Source: Cyanophora paradoxa CCMP329
Lineage: Eukaryota; Plantae; Glaucophyta
Reading direction: 5' to 3'
DNA: 64,000 nucleotides
Assembly (NCBI GenBank): GCA_004431415.1
Contig: QPMI01000237.1
Location: 49,559-113,558, forward strand
A model generated the notes under the pieces. The model searched no databases, was not told where the DNA came from, and worked only from the letters and a program-made list of their open reading frames with translations. The translations under genes and the position numbers were made by a program. Below are positions 23,375-36,810 of this stretch, one piece after another. Numbering within the stretch: position 1 is the first letter of the stretch; every line of letters begins with the position of its first letter.

Positions 23375-26300
23375 TCAGGAGACGATGGGGCGGACCTGGC
23401 GCGGCAGCAATCAGGCTCGAACGAGGGGGGCGGGGCGAGCGGAGGAGCGACTGCACGGACATTCGGCGGGACCAAGAGGTCCCGTGGCACTTTCTGGAAT
23501 CGGATGGCCTCCGGGTTGAACTCGGGGGTCTCGCAGAACTGGAGGAAGAGGTTGGCGATGCGGCGGCGCAGGCCCTCGAGGGACTTCTCGGAGCGCCCGC
23601 GGTTGAGCATGTCGGCCTCGCGGTCGATGAGGTCCACGAGGTCCCGCGTCAGGTTGCAGTCGAACTCCTTCACCGTCCACTTCACGTGCAGCAGCACGTC
23701 CAGCCGCTCGTCTATCGTCAGCAGCGGCAGCCGGAGCCCGTTGTAGAGCTCCATGAGCTCCCGCGCCCGCGTCGTGAAGGGCGTGTGGACCTCCGTCGTG
23801 GCGCCGTCGGACATGGCCCACTTCTTCGGGGCGGACATGGTGGAGAGCATCGAGTTGATGCGCGTGTCGCGGTTCTCCGACGCGGCGCTGATCTTCAGCC
23901 GGTCGATCGTCTGCAGCAGCTTCGTCTCCTTGTGCAGCAGCTGAGCCAGCGCCGCCAGCCGCTCCGTCTCCGGCAGGCCCGACTCGTTGATCTTCGTCGT
24001 TTCCGCCAGCCGCCACGCTGCCGGCCCGGGGCCCCCTCAGCGCAGAGCCGGAGTGCGCACGCAAGGGGAAGGAGAGGGGGCGAGAAGGGGGGGTGGGATG
24101 GGGCCGGCGGACCCTCCAGCTCGCTGTAGAGGATCTCGAAGTCGGCGGCGGAGCGCGGGTGCATGCGGCGCTCGATCTCCCTGCGCCTCTTATCCTCCTC
24201 CACCGCGCGCTGCTGCTCCTGCTGCTCCTCCATCTCCTGCACCGCCGCCTCCTGCTCCTCGCGCATCCGCTTCGCCAGCTTCCGCGCCCGCCACCCCCGC
24301 AGGTAGCACTGCAGCTTGATCGTCTGCGCGCCGCAGATTAGTCCTCGCCGGCGCGAGTGGCACAGAGCCCGGCGAGCCTTCTCGAGCCGCAGCTGCTCCA
24401 GCTGTTGCGAGTCGAAGTAGGGGCGCGAGTAGAGGACGACATCACGCTCTTCGCCCACGACGTGGCCCGGCGGCAGCTGCTTAGTCGGCTGCGTCTGCGC
24501 CCCGCGGCCGTCGACGGCCGGCCGGCGCGGGGCGCGGGAGCGGGGGGCGGACCATCTGCGTGCCACACTCGCGAGTGGTGACGGTGGAGAGGGTGCGCGT
24601 CTCGAATGTCTGCGTGTCCCGGTGGAAGCGCACGATCGCCGCCCGCTGCGCCCCGCCCCGTCGCGCCCCGCGGGTCGCCAGCCGCGCGGGCCGCGGCGGA
24701 CCTTCTTCTGCTCCTCGGTGGGCGGCGGGGGGTCGGTCTGCGTCTGCGCGTGGAGGTACTCGGCGCCGGAGCGGCGGTCGCGGTAGCCGCCGATGAAGGG
24801 CTTCTTCTTCTTCTCGGCGACGACCTTGACGAGCATGCGCTTGGGGGCCATCCCCGGCCCGAAGTCGACGGTGACCGAGAGCGAGTCGGGGAGGGGCCGC
24901 GCCGGCTTCGCCTCCGCGTACTCGATCTGCAGCTCGATGCTGTACTCGCCGCCCGGCGCGAAGCCGTAGCTCGCCAGCTGCCGTGGGTTCGCCATCATCT
25001 CCCCTGCGCGCCCGAGTCCCTCAGCGGCCGCGCTGCGGCGCCCCGGCGCGGGCGGATGACCGTTGAAGAGGAGCTTGATGTTGTTGAAGTTGATCTTCAG
25101 CTGCTTCTCGACAGTCATCTTTGCCCCTGCCACCGTGTCCCGCACGCTCAGGCCGGTAGTGTGGGCGTAGCCCTCCGGCATGATCACAAACGTCACGCTC
25201 GCCTCGTACGGGTTCACCTGCTGCGAGCCACCGTCAGCTGGAGCCGGCCGCGCGCTCGCAAGTACCGTCCAGACCTCGGGGGGCGGGGCTGGCGGCTCCT
25301 CGGGGGGCTCCTCCCCTGCCTCCTGCGATCGCTCCATCGACATCGAGCGCCGGACCTGGTGCCCTCGTACCACCTTCTGGATCTTCAGCGCCGCCGCCTC
25401 CTCGGTCATCTCCGGCCCCTCCCCGCCCGACGCTGCATCCGCCGTTGTTGCCGCTGCTGCTGCTGCTTCGGCCTGGCCCGCCGCGTCCGTCTGGCCCGCC
25501 GCATCGCTTCGCTCCATCGACATCGAGCGCCGGACCTGGTGGCCCCGCACCACCTTCTGGATCTTCAACGCCGCCTCATCCTCGGTGATTGCCGGGTCGG
25601 CCTCATCTCGGGGCTGCGGAAGCGGCTCCAGCTCCGCGATTTGAGCAGCCGGAGGCGCCGTCTCCGGCACACTCGCCGCTTCCGTGTCCCCCTCCGGCTC
25701 ACCGCGCTCCGTCGACATCGAGCGCCGGACCTGGTGGCCCCGCACCACCTTCTGGATCTTCAGCGCCGCCTCATCCTCGGTGATGCCGGATGCGGCGGCG
25801 GAAGCTGCGGAAGGCTCGGGGGCCAGGGGAGGTTCGTGCGCCGGCTGTTGGGGCTCGGCTCCTGCTGCCGGCTGCGCGGCCGGCGCGAGCTCCTCGTCCA
25901 TTCGCTGCATCGAGAGCGTCCTCCGAACCGCATGGCCCTTCACCACTCCTTTCGAGGGAGTCCCCGAGGGCACCGGCGAGCCGGCAGGCGACGCCTCTGC
26001 ATGCGGGCCCTCGACCTCGGGCCCGACCGCTCCTGATGACGCCGCCCCTGCGCCGTCTGCTGCCGAAACCTCCGGCGCCGCTGATGCACCATTTGCCTCT
26101 CCCAGAGCGACTGGCTGCTGCCCATCCTCTCCACGCTCCATCGACATCGAGCGCCGGACCTGGTGGCCCCGCACCACCTTCTGGATCTTCAGCGCCGCCT
26201 CATCCTCGGTGATGCCGCCCGGCTGGTCCGCTCCAGAATCCGCCGCAGCTGCTTCTTGCGCGGGCGCGCTCTCTCCGGCAACTGCTGGAGCGTCGGCCCC

Positions 26301-27724
26301 GGCACTCGCTGCATCTGCCTCTGGCGCCGCCGGCTGCCCATCCTCTCCACGCTCCATCGACATCGAGCGCCGGACCTGGTGGCCCCGCACCACCTTCTGG
26401 ATCTTCAACGCCGCCTCCTCCTCGGTGATGCCGCCCGGCTGGTCCGCTCCAGAATCCGCCGCAGCTGCTTCTTGCGCGGGCGCGCTCTCTCCGGCAACTG
26501 CTGGAGCGTCGGCCCCGGCACTCGCTGCATCTGCCTCTGGCGCCGCCGGCTGCTGCCCATCCTCTCCACGCTCCATCGACATCGAGCGCCGGACCTGGTG
26601 GCCCCGCACCACCTTCTGGATCTTCAACGCCGCCTCCTCCTCGGTGATGCCGCCCGGCTGGTCCGCTCCAGAATCCGCCGCAGCTGCTTCTTGCGCGGGC
26701 GCGCTCTCTCCGGCAACTGCTGGAGCGTCGGCCCCGGCACTCGCTGCATCTGCCTCTGGCGCCGCCGGCTGCTGCCCATCCTCTCCACGCTCCATCGACA
26801 TCGAGCGCCGGACCTGGTGGCCCCGCACCACCTTCTGGATCTTCAACGCCGCCTCCTCCTCGGTGATGCCGCCTGCCGGTTGCTCCTGCACGTCCAGCGC
26901 AGGCGGGATCTGCTCCTGTGCCCCGGCTGCAGGCTGTTCTAAGTTTGCCGAATCCGCTGCCTTCGCCTCCACCATCGACATGGATCTCCGAACAAAATGC
27001 CCCCGGAAGTGGGCCTGGATCTGGGGCGTTGGGGGGTCAGATGCGGAATGCAAGACCCGGGCGTAACGATCACCTTCGTTGCCGCGGCCTCCTCCGAGTA
27101 CATGGCGGCCACCGGCTCGCCGACAGGGGCGTCTTGCTCGCTCTGGGCCGCAGGCTGCGTCTTCAACGTCCGCCGGACCTTGTGGCCGCGGAACAGGGCC
27201 TGCACTTTCGTGGCCGCTGTCTGCTCGTCGTACTTCGTTGTGTCAGCGCCAGCTGGCTCTGCTTCTGAAACCACAGCGTCCGATGGAACTGAAAGCGCGC
27301 TGACGCGTATGTCGGTGACAGCTGCGCTGCCCTGAACCGCATCCACTGCAATGCTGATAGCTAGCCGCTCGCCATCTTGGGGGCTCTGGCCAAACTCGCT
27401 AGCCATAGCGTCGGCCTCTGCCCCGCGCGCGACCGCCACAATCTCCGGAGTCGCGCTGGGATCCTGGGCCAGCTTGAAGACGACGAAGGCATTGTGAGGT
27501 GCCGCTGCGGAAGAAAGGGCGCGGCTTTCAGAAAGGCGTGGCTGAGCGCCCGGAAGGTAACAAGCACCGTCAGGTATCGCCGGGCCTTCAAAGCGGACGT
27601 TGGCGTTCGTGTCGGATGTCCCCGCTTGGACATCAATCTCCAACACAAGCTTCTGCTCTCCAGACGCACCGCCTTCCACAGCATCTAGCACGGGAAGATC
27701 GAAGACAAACTTGTGGACCTCCAT
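23375..27724 (-). CDS. IQUB: IQ and ubiquitin-like domain-containing ciliary protein (IQUB/FAP253) with an expanded IQ-repeat N-terminus
   Basis: KKPFIGGYRDRRSGAEYLHAQTQT, SRPYFDS, REIERRMHPRSAADFEILYSELE, VHTPFTTRARELMELYNGL, ERLDVLLHVKWTVKEFDCNLTRDLVDLIDREADMLNRGR, FCETPEFNPEA; inferred last exon VRPIVS*. Confidence 0.9.
26115..26878 (-). repeat. In-frame 216-219 bp tandem repeat (~3.5 copies) encoding an IQ motif plus linker
   Basis: Near-identical units with register 26125/26341/26560/26779. Confidence 0.9.
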
Positions 27725-28033
27725 CGGCCCTCCCGCTTGCGGCCGCGGCCCCGCTCAGAGCACCTGCTCGCCCGCCGCGCCCAATTGAAAGCCGGTAGTG
27801 TTACAGATGCTTCACAGCGCTCGACTCAGCTGCGTCGCCCGGGCTGCTCGACAAGCTCGAGTTCTTGGTGCTAGAAATGGATGTTGAACATTGTACCCAG
27901 GGCCTGCCCATTGTAGCTCCGCACACCCCCTGCTCGAGGGAGAACGCCCAGCTGCGGAGTCCATCTTGAGATAGAGTTACAGCGTCCTGTGGGTGCCCCA
28001 GCGGCTAAAGCCCGAGTGGCGACGGAGTCGCAT

Positions 28034-31000
28034 ATGGCGGACCCCGGAGCTTCGGAGGAGCCGCGGGCACGCACCCTGCGCACTTTTTCCTTTCCGGTCC
28101 CGGATGCTTTGCCCCCGAAGCTCCCAAACTCTGCAAGCAAGGAGACCATTGATGTGCGCGTACCAAACCTTATCGCGCTAGCTATCCGCAATTCCCCGCT
28201 GCCGCGACGGAGCAACGCCGTTGAGATGCATGATCGTTGAGATGCATAACCCTTGGCGCATCTGCTGGCACGCAGCTAGCACGGCTTGGGCGCCGCCGGA
28301 CCGCTCACGGGCGCGCAGCTTACGCGCACGCCGCGTCCGCAGGCTCCACCGCCCGAACCCCCTTACACGCTGCACATCAAGGTAATCAAGGCGAAGGGCC
28401 TGCCGAAGGTCAATGTGTTCGGCGTCATCGACGCGTTCGCGCTGGCGGAGACGACCTCAGGCCGCGGACTGCCATCCTCCATTCAGCAGTCCGCCTCGCC
28501 TACTTGGAATTACGAATGCAAGTTGCCAGTCAAGGACCCGGAGAACGAGCTTCTAACGATTCTCATCGTCGACAAGGAGAACCTCGCGCAAGACCGCATC
28601 ATCTGCCAGGTCTGGAGCTAGCGATGGCCGCGCGGGTCGCGGAATGTTCGCGCCTGCGCCGACGCGTTGTCACGCAGGCTGTGATTCCAACGGCTGCCGT
28701 GGCCGACGGGAAGCCGCGCATGAACGTCGGGGTGGAGCTGGAGAAGTACAAAGGCCCGCGCGTCTCGTGGGACAAGGAGTGCTCATACTATGGCGTCCTG
28801 GCTGTAGACCTCCACCTCCTCCCACTGGGCGCCTCGCACGGCCCCTGGGCGAGCTCCAGCTCCAGCGCCCCCTCGCCGGAGCCGGCCAAGTCCCCCTCGC
28901 CGGAGCCGGCCAAGGCCCCGTCCCCACCGCCCCCCGCCCCGCCGGCCCCATCCGCCGTCCCGCCCCAGGCCGCCAGCCCGGTGCCGGCTTCGGGGGCGGC
29001 CGGAGCGGCGACGAAGCCGGTGGCAAAGGGCGCAACGTTGCGGGTCACGGTGGAGAGCTGCCGGGAGCTCGCGACACCACCGCGAGCGGTGCGGAGCGCC
29101 GTGCACGGGGCGCGGCGGGGCTGGGCGGGGCGTGACGGGGCGCCCGCGGCGGCAGGCGGCGCCGGACGCGTTCGTGAAGGCGGCGTTTCACGGGCAGAGC
29201 GGGAAGACGCCCCCCGTGCAGCGCTCGGCAGACCCGCAGTTCAGCTTGAACAACGTTTTTGACTTGTGAGCACTGCGCTCCGCGTGCCACCGCGCCATTG
29301 AGACGGCGCAGCACGGCGGACGCGAGTGCGGCGGCGAACGGGGCGCCACTGGTGCTGGAGGTGCGCCACAAGGGGCTCATCTCCGAGCCGCTCCTCGGAG
29401 TTGCTGAGGCGCGTCCCCGCCCGGCCCCGCCCCGCCCCGCCCCACGGCCCGACGCGGTGCCCAGATCCCCTGGCCGACGCTCGTCGAGGCGGCGGGGACG
29501 GCGACGCGCGTCGAGGTGGAGTTGGGCGATCCGCCTGCGGCGCGCGTAAAGGAAGCCGTCAAGGATGTGCGCCGCCGCCTCCCGCCCCGGGCCAGCCATG
29601 GCCGATGGTCCTCGATGCCAGATCTCGGGGGCAGTTGCGGTAGTTGTCGAGTGGATAGGGGCGCCGCCGACAGCGCCTGCGCCGGCCGCGATCCAGCCCT
29701 CGCCGGCGGCGCGCGCCGAAGCCGTGGTCAAGGCCGACGGACCGGGGCAGCCGGCATCAAAGCCGGTGCAGCCGGCGGCCCTCCACTCGGGCCTCTACGC
29801 CGTCCGCGTCACGGGTGCGCCGCGCCCGCGCCCCTGCTGGGCGGGCGGCGACGTGGCGCAGTGATGGAGGGGAAGAATGTCCCCCCCGGGGCGGGATCGT
29901 GCTCCACGCTGCCGAGCGCGCGGGTGGCGGCGTACATCGACCCGAGCCCGCCCGGCTCGCTCCCCTCCTCCACGCCGCCCGCGCCGCCGACGCAGAGCCC
30001 CGCCTGGAACCACACCCTGGAGCCCCTGTGCGCGGCCCGGGCCCCAGGGGGCGGGGTGGGGGCCGACGGGGCGGCAGGCCGGTGGTGAGCGCCAAGCAGG
30101 AGGTCGTCCTCCGCGTCTTCGACGCCTTTGCGGGCGACGAGCTCGTCGGCACCTGCAGGCTCCCCGTCTCCCGGCTGCTCGCCCCCTACAGGCCCTCCAT
30201 GCTCCTCGTCGGCAAGGCCGAGGCCCGCCCGCCCCGCCCGGCCCCCGTCCTCGCCCCCGCGCCGAGGCGCCGCGGCAGGTGGAGCTCGAGCGGCCGCGCA
30301 CGGCCGCCGTGCCCCCGGAGTGGCGCGTGCCCTCCATCTCCCTCCGCGTCGATCTCCTCGAGGCCCGCCCCGCCCCGCCCCGACACGCTTATCCTGACCA
30401 CGCCCCGCAGATGCCTGCGCCTCCGCCGCCACCGAACCCGATGACGCTCGCGGCGACCGCAAGCGCGGCGGTGGGGGCCCCCAGCGGGGCGGCAGGGCCG
30501 CTCGTTGCCCGGACGGTGGCGAGCTGCATCGCGCGGCGGGCGCTGCGCCTCTTCGTCGCCTCGGTCGCCGCGGAGCTGCAGGCCGTGCGCCCGGCCCCGC
30601 TTCAACGCCTCGCCCCGCTCGGCGCCCGACGCCGGTGCAGGAGCGCGCCACGCTGCACGAGGCGGTCTTCCCCGCCCTCGCCGAGCTCTGCCGCGCCCGC
30701 GGCCTCTACTTCTCGTGCGCCCGCCGCCGCGCCCCCGGCCGCCGCCCCGAGCCGGCTGGCGCAGGGCGGTGGACCTGCAGTACGGGCTCGGGGAGGCCGA
30801 GGGGCGGCGCGGGGCGAGCTTGCTGCGCGCCCTCGAGGAGGCCGACGCCTCCGGGCCCTACTTTGTCGCCGTCATCGGGCGCTCCTACGGTGCGCGGGGG
30901 CGGCGCCGCGGTGCGGGGGCGGACAGCGCGAGCGGGGCGGCAGGCTGGGCGCAGCCGCACGAGGACGAGCCCGACGCGGAGCAGGACGGGGAGCTGGCGG

Positions 31001-34000
31001 CGCGCTTCCAGCAGGCCGAGCAGGCGTTCCCGTACCTGAAGGACCAGCGCGGAGTGGGCGTCGCCGAGCTCGTCATCGCGCACGCCGTCCTCCGCCGCCA
31101 GCACGTGCGCGCCCCGCCCCGTGCCCCGCGCCCCGCGGGCGACCCGGCGGGGCGCAGTCGCTCCGCGAGGCCGGCGTGCGGGCGCGCAGCTTCTTCTACC
31201 TCGCCGCCGGGCCCGAGGGAGCGGCGGGCGGGAGGGCGCGGGCGGGCCGACGAGCCTGGGCATGTGCCTCGCGCTGCGGAAGCGGCTCTCGAACGCCGGC
31301 TGCGTGGTGCGGCACTTCATGGACGCGGCGGACCTCCAGCGCATGGCCCTCAACGACCTCGCCAACGCCCTCACCGCCGACTTCAAGGCCCGCCCGCCCC
31401 GCCCCGCCCCGCCCGCCCCGCCCGCCCCGCCCGCCCCGCCCCGCCCGCCCCGCCCCGCACCGCACCGCCCGCACCGCCCCGCCCGCACCGCCCCGCACCG
31501 CCCCGCACCGCACCGCACCGCCCCTCACGCGCGCCGCCCGCAGTTCCCCAAGGGGCCTCGGTGCGAGGCGCCCCGCTGGCGTCGGAGGCGGCGCACGAGG
31601 AGGCGCGGCGGCGGCGGCGCGAGGGCCTCGAGTTCGCGGGCGCGTTCTCCGGCCCTACCGCCGCCTCGACCCCGGCACCCTCGACCCGAGGCCCGCCCGC
31701 CCGCCCGCCCGCCGCCGCCGTTCGCCCCGCCCGAGCCGCGCGCAGGACGCTGCCCTCGACCAGTTCGTCGCGGGGACGGGGCCTACGCCTCCGCCCGCAC
31801 CCTCTGCCTCACCGGCGATGAGGTGCCCTCGCCGCCGCCCCCGCCGGACAGACGGGTGACGCGGGGCCGCGGGGCCAGGGCGCGGGGAAAACGTTCCGTG
31901 CGGCGCTCCTCGTCCGGCGCCTGCAGGAGGCCGCCCAGAAGCACGCCGCCGGCGCGGCGCCCAAGCCGCCGCGGCTCCACTTCGCCTTCGCCGGCGCCTG
32001 CCCCGCCGAGGTCCGCCGCCCCAGCCCGCGCGGCCGCCCCGCGGCGAGCGGCGCGCGCAGCGGACGCTCGCATCGGCGCTCGAGCGGCTGGCGGTGGAGC
32101 TGGGGCGAAGCCGCCGGCGCACGGCCTCGGGGAGCCGGCCGGCCCGTGGCTGCCCCGGGGTGGACCCCACGCGCCGGGCCCGCAGGCGCCGCTGGGCTTC
32201 CACGCCGAGTTCGGAGGGCCGGCGGCGGCGCGCGCCGCGCGGGCCGCCTCCGCCGCCTCGGAGACCGCCGCCGCCGCCGCCGGACTCCGCCCCTCGACAG
32301 CCGCCCCCGCCGCGCAGGGCGCCCCGCGGCCGGACCCCGAACCGCAGCGGCCACCCCTCGAGCCCCATCGTCCGAGCACCGCGCCGGCGGCCCTCCTCCA
32401 CGTCGGCTCGGGCCGGGCGGGGGCGGCGGCGACGGACGGCACGGTGCCTGCGGGGCCACGGTAGAGGAGGTGGCGCGGGAGCGGCTGGCGGCCGCGGGGC
32501 GCGCCTTCGGGAGGCGTGCAGGCGGGCGGCCGGGGCGCTGATCGTGATCGACGGCGTCGACGCCTTCGCGGACGCGGAGGCGGCGCGCTGCCTCGGGCCT
32601 GGCTGCCGCCCGCCGCCGCGCAGGGCGCCCGGATGATCTTCACCGCCTCGGCGGCCTGGCTGCTCGCGGCGGTGGGGGCGCGCGAGACGGGGGTGGCGCC
32701 GCTGTACGCCCCGCCCCTCTCGGAGGAGGCGCGCCGCGACTGCATCCGGCGGGTGACGACCGAGTGGCTCGACCCGCGGCGCCGCAACGTGCCCCTCGAC
32801 CTCTGCAAGCGCGTCCTCGCCGGCCTCCCGGGGGCCGCCAGCCCCCTCTACCTCGCCGCCGTCATGGGCGAGCTCCGCGGCCTCATCTGGTGCGGGGCGC
32901 CCGCCCCAGCCCCGCGCCCCGGCTCCGCGCACGCCGGCCCGACGGTCGGGGGCGGCCGGCAGGACGCGGGACATCGAGGGCCTCTCGGGGGACATCGCGG
33001 CGGTGGCGGCGCAAGGCTCTTCGCCGGCCGCGCTCGCCCCGCGCTGCTGCGCGCGTGGGCGGCGCAGGTCGGCGAGCGGCCCTTCTGGGACGCCCTCTTC
33101 TGCATCGCCCTCCTCGGGTGCGCGGCGCAGCGCCCGGCCCGCGCGGCGCGGCGGGGGCCGACGGGCGCGGGGGCGGGCGCGGCAGGGGGCGTACGAGGCG
33201 GAGGTGCGGGAGGTGGCGGGCATCGCGCCGGCGGCGCTGGCGCTGCTGCGGGAGCTGGCCGCCGTGCCCCTGGGGCACGCCCCGCCGGGCGCGCCGCTCG
33301 CCATCGTGTCGCTGCCCTTCGCGCGGGCCGTGCGGGCGGAGCTGCTCGGCCGCGCGGGGCGCTCGCCGAGGCCGCTCGCCGCCTCCGTCTCGCCGCCGCC
33401 AAGCGCCGCCTCCTCCCGAGCGCGAGGCGCACTTCCTCGCCGCCGCTGCCGCCGCCGAGGCCCTCGCTGTGCGCCCGCCCCGCCCGGGCCCGCCCTGGGC
33501 CCCGCCCCTCGCTCCGCCTCTAATCGTACGCCCCGCAGGGCCCTGCCCGGCCCACCCCGGAGCTGCACCTGCGGCCCCACTTCCTGCGCGCCATCGACGC
33601 GGCGCGGGGGCCCCTGCACGGTGCCGGCCGCCCCGCCGGCCGACCCGGGGCGGCCCGCTGAGGCGAACCGGCAGAGGCGGTGGCGGTCTGCCTCGACGCG
33701 GCACTGCGGTGCACGTCGGCCGCGAGCGCCTTCATTGCCGAGACCCCCTTCCGCCTGTGCGCCCCGCCCCTCGGCTCCGCTCCCCCGCCCCGGACCCAGC
33801 GACCGACGGCGGCGGCGCGGCCAGGGAACCCGCGGGAAGCGCTGTAGCCAAGAAGGGGGCCGGGCCCACCACCACGGGCATCGCCGAGCTGACGTGAGCG
33901 CCTCACACGGGGCCGCGGCGGCGGGGGGCCGACGAACCGCCGGCAGGGTGACGGACGCGAGGGGCGCGCGGCGCGGGGCGCTGGTGGGCCTGCACATCGC

Positions 34001-35523
34001 GGCGAAGGTGACGGGTGGGGCGCTGGACGAGGGGGCCCCGCTGCCGTGGAAGGCGCTCCAAGCGGGGAGCCCCAAGCTCGTCCTCTCCTGCGCCGCCGAC
34101 CCGCGGTGCGCGCCGCCCCGGCCGGGAGGCCAGCGGGGGCCTCACGGCGGGATCGACCGCGGCAGGATGCGCTTCCTCGGGCTCCCGCCTGGCGAGGCCC
34201 TCGATGGCTCCCTTTACATCGTCCCCGTGCCCCTGCGGCCGCCGGTGCGAGGGCCGCCCCCTGGACCAGCCCCGCGGCGACGGGACGTGGCGCAGGGGGA
34301 GGTGGGCCCCAGCTTGCACGACCAGATCCTCTGCTTCGCCACGCTCGCCGGCGCCGCCGCCTTCTCCGCCGAGGAGCGCGCCTTCTTCCAGGCCCTCGCT
34401 GTCGCCCTCGCCCGCGCCAAGTCCATGCGCGAGGCCGCCGCCCCGCCCGCCGCCCCGCCCCCCTCCCCGTTCTCGCTCCCGGCCCCTCCCCAGGGCGCCC
34501 CTGACGGCGGCAGCCCCGTGCCACCGGTGGTCCTGCCGCTGCCTGGCGCGGCGCTGCCGCTGCTGCGGCGGCCGGAGAGGCTGACGGGCCACGTGTCGGA
34601 GATGGAGCTGCGGCTCGGCGCCGCCCGCTTTGCCGACCTCGAGAGGCGCTGCGCGGCCGCGGCTCCGGACGACACCCCCTCAGACTCGTCCGACTGGCGC
34701 CGTGCGACCACCCCCCCCCCCCCCCCCCCCCCCCTCTTCCCCTCGCGTTCCCCGCCGTCTCCCGCGCCGCCTCGCTTGATGCGGCGCAGTGGCGGACGCC
34801 TGGACTCGGGAGGGGCGTCTGGAGGGAATCCCGCCGGCGGACGGCGAGTCCGGGCCTCACCGCGACCTCATCCTCGCCCTCGGCGCCGTCCTGCAAGCGA
34901 GCCGCGGGGCACTGCGGGAGGCGCTTGCGGCAGGCCTCAGGCCCTGGGCGCACAGGGCCGGCCTGGCGCACGGCCTGGAGCGCGCCCTCCCGCGGCGTCT
35001 CGCCCGGGCAGCCGTCTGCCTCGACGTGCCCGCCGAGGACGCCACGCTCCCCGCGGCGTCCGGCCCTCAGGAGCCTCTCGCAGAGGTCGGCCGGTTTCCC
35101 TTCTAGTCCCGCGCGTCGGGGGCTCACGGGGCGATGCCGGCAGGACGCCGTGAGGCGGGCCGTGGAGGGGCTGCTCGAGCGAGAGCCATACGCCCACCAC
35201 CGCCGCGTCGACCGCCTTGCCGCCCAGCGCGCAGGGGACCTTCGCGGTGCGCTGCGCGGGCAGCGGTTCCACTAGCGCCGACAGCTTACGCCACGAGCTT
35301 GCTGGCAGGGGCCATCTCGCCCGAGGTGCTGGAGTGGGCGCGGGGGCAGGCGGCGCTCGGGACTCCCGAGGCGGAGATCGGGGCGGTCGTCGCGCTCTGC
35401 GTCTGCCTCCAGAGCCTTCTCCTCCTCCAGCGCCTCGTCGGGCCCGTCAGGTGGCCGGAGCGCGAGCGGCCAAAGAAGAAAGTGGAGGACGGCGAGGAGG
35501 CGGGGGAGGACGAGGAGGCTTGA
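28034..35523 (+). CDS. Large multi-exon protein: about three C2 domains, DUF4062-like domain, NACHT/AAA-like P-loop, possible GAF-like region
   Basis: YTLHIKVIKAKGLPKVNVFGVIDAF..PTWNYE (C2); LRVTVESCREL; YAVRVT..SPAWNH; LRLFVAS..ERATLHEAVFPALAELCRARGLYFS/AVDLQYG..PYFVAVIGRSYG; LCLTGDE/GAGKT; LIVIDGVD; SPLYLAAVMGELR; start and whether this is a single gene are uncertain. Confidence 0.6.
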
Positions 35524-35762
35524 GGGGGGGGCCCAGGTCGAAACTCGCCTCCAGGCAGCGGTGTAGAGATGTCGCAGTGAAGTAATCATAACACATACGA
35601 GCACTGCGGCTCGTGCACCACACACAGCGACAGGGTACATCAGTGTGTACCCCGGGACAGGCCTAGGGCCTAGGCAGCCACTGGCTTGAACTATACACGC
35701 CCCTCCTACGCGCCAGCCAGCGAAAGCGTACGACAGCACAGCCAAGTTGCACGGCTGTCGGA

Positions 35763-36378
35763 ATGGTAGGCGCGGTCGATGGTCATGCGCTTGCGCCCAG
35801 TTGACGCGAGGGCGCGCAGATTCACTTTGTGCTGCTGCTCAGCCGACAGGGCAAGACGCGGCTGACGAAGTGGTACACTCCTTTCACACAGAAGGAGAAG
35901 CAGAAGATCATCCGCGAAGTCTGCACGCTGGTGCTTCCGCGCGCACCGAAGCTGTGCAATTTCATCGAATGGAAAGAGTACAAGCTCGTCTACAAGCGGT
36001 GCGCCGGGGCCGCCGGGGCCACTTGTTCACAGCTAATGCCGGCGTAGCTACGCGAGCCTGTTCTTCGTCGCATGCGTCAACAACACAGACAACGAGTTGA
36101 TTACGCTTGAAACTATTCATCACTTCGTGGAGGTCTTGGACCGGTACTTCGGCAACGTAAGTCCTTGCTGCCTCCCCCGAACGATTTCCGGAGAATGCTC
36201 AGTCGCTTGGCAGGTATGCGAACTTGATCTCATCTTCAACTTCCACAAAGCATACTACATCCTGGACGAGCTCGTTATCGCCGGCGAGTTGCAAGAAACG
36301 AGCAAGAAGACTGTGCTTCGGGTTACAGCCGCACAGGACGCATTGGTAGAGAACGCTGCCGAAAAGAGCGAGACATAG
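35763..36378 (+). CDS. AP1S: AP-1 adaptor complex sigma subunit
   Basis: [72 protein letters not shown]; first exon is ATG only. Confidence 0.93.
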
Positions 36379-36810
36379 CATGGACAGAAACGCTAACTGT
36401 ACATGAAGAGATCCAAGCAAGCCGCAGAGATTTGTTTGGATAAGTGCTGGTTGCTTGGACTGGGGGCAGCTTCGGTTGGGCAAGCTTGGACGGACTTTGA
36501 TCTCGAATTCCGCAGCCTGGCAGCATTGCACAGGATCTCGATCTGCGCGCGCCAGAGTTGCTGAGCACTGGTACGTATACCATTGCGCATGCCCAATCGC
36601 AGCGGTCTGAAGCTCCGAGCTCTCGATCGCAAGGCCCCGAACTTTTAATTAATTTGATTTGGAGGCCGGTCGAGAGTTTGATTTGGGGATTAATGCGTAA
36701 TACAGAGGATGCTCTTTTTACGCTACGGGCGCGGCTGGACCTCCTACCACAGCGCTTTATAATTAACTGTACCCGTGCTGTTAGGGATAGAGCGTAACCC
36801 GCCCTAGTAA

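Noticed and set aside
29000-35200. Long Arg/Pro/Gly/Ala-rich ORFs on both strands (e.g. 31655-34075, 33520-35127)
   Set aside because: Stop-poor shadows of very high GC sequence overlapping a spliced gene
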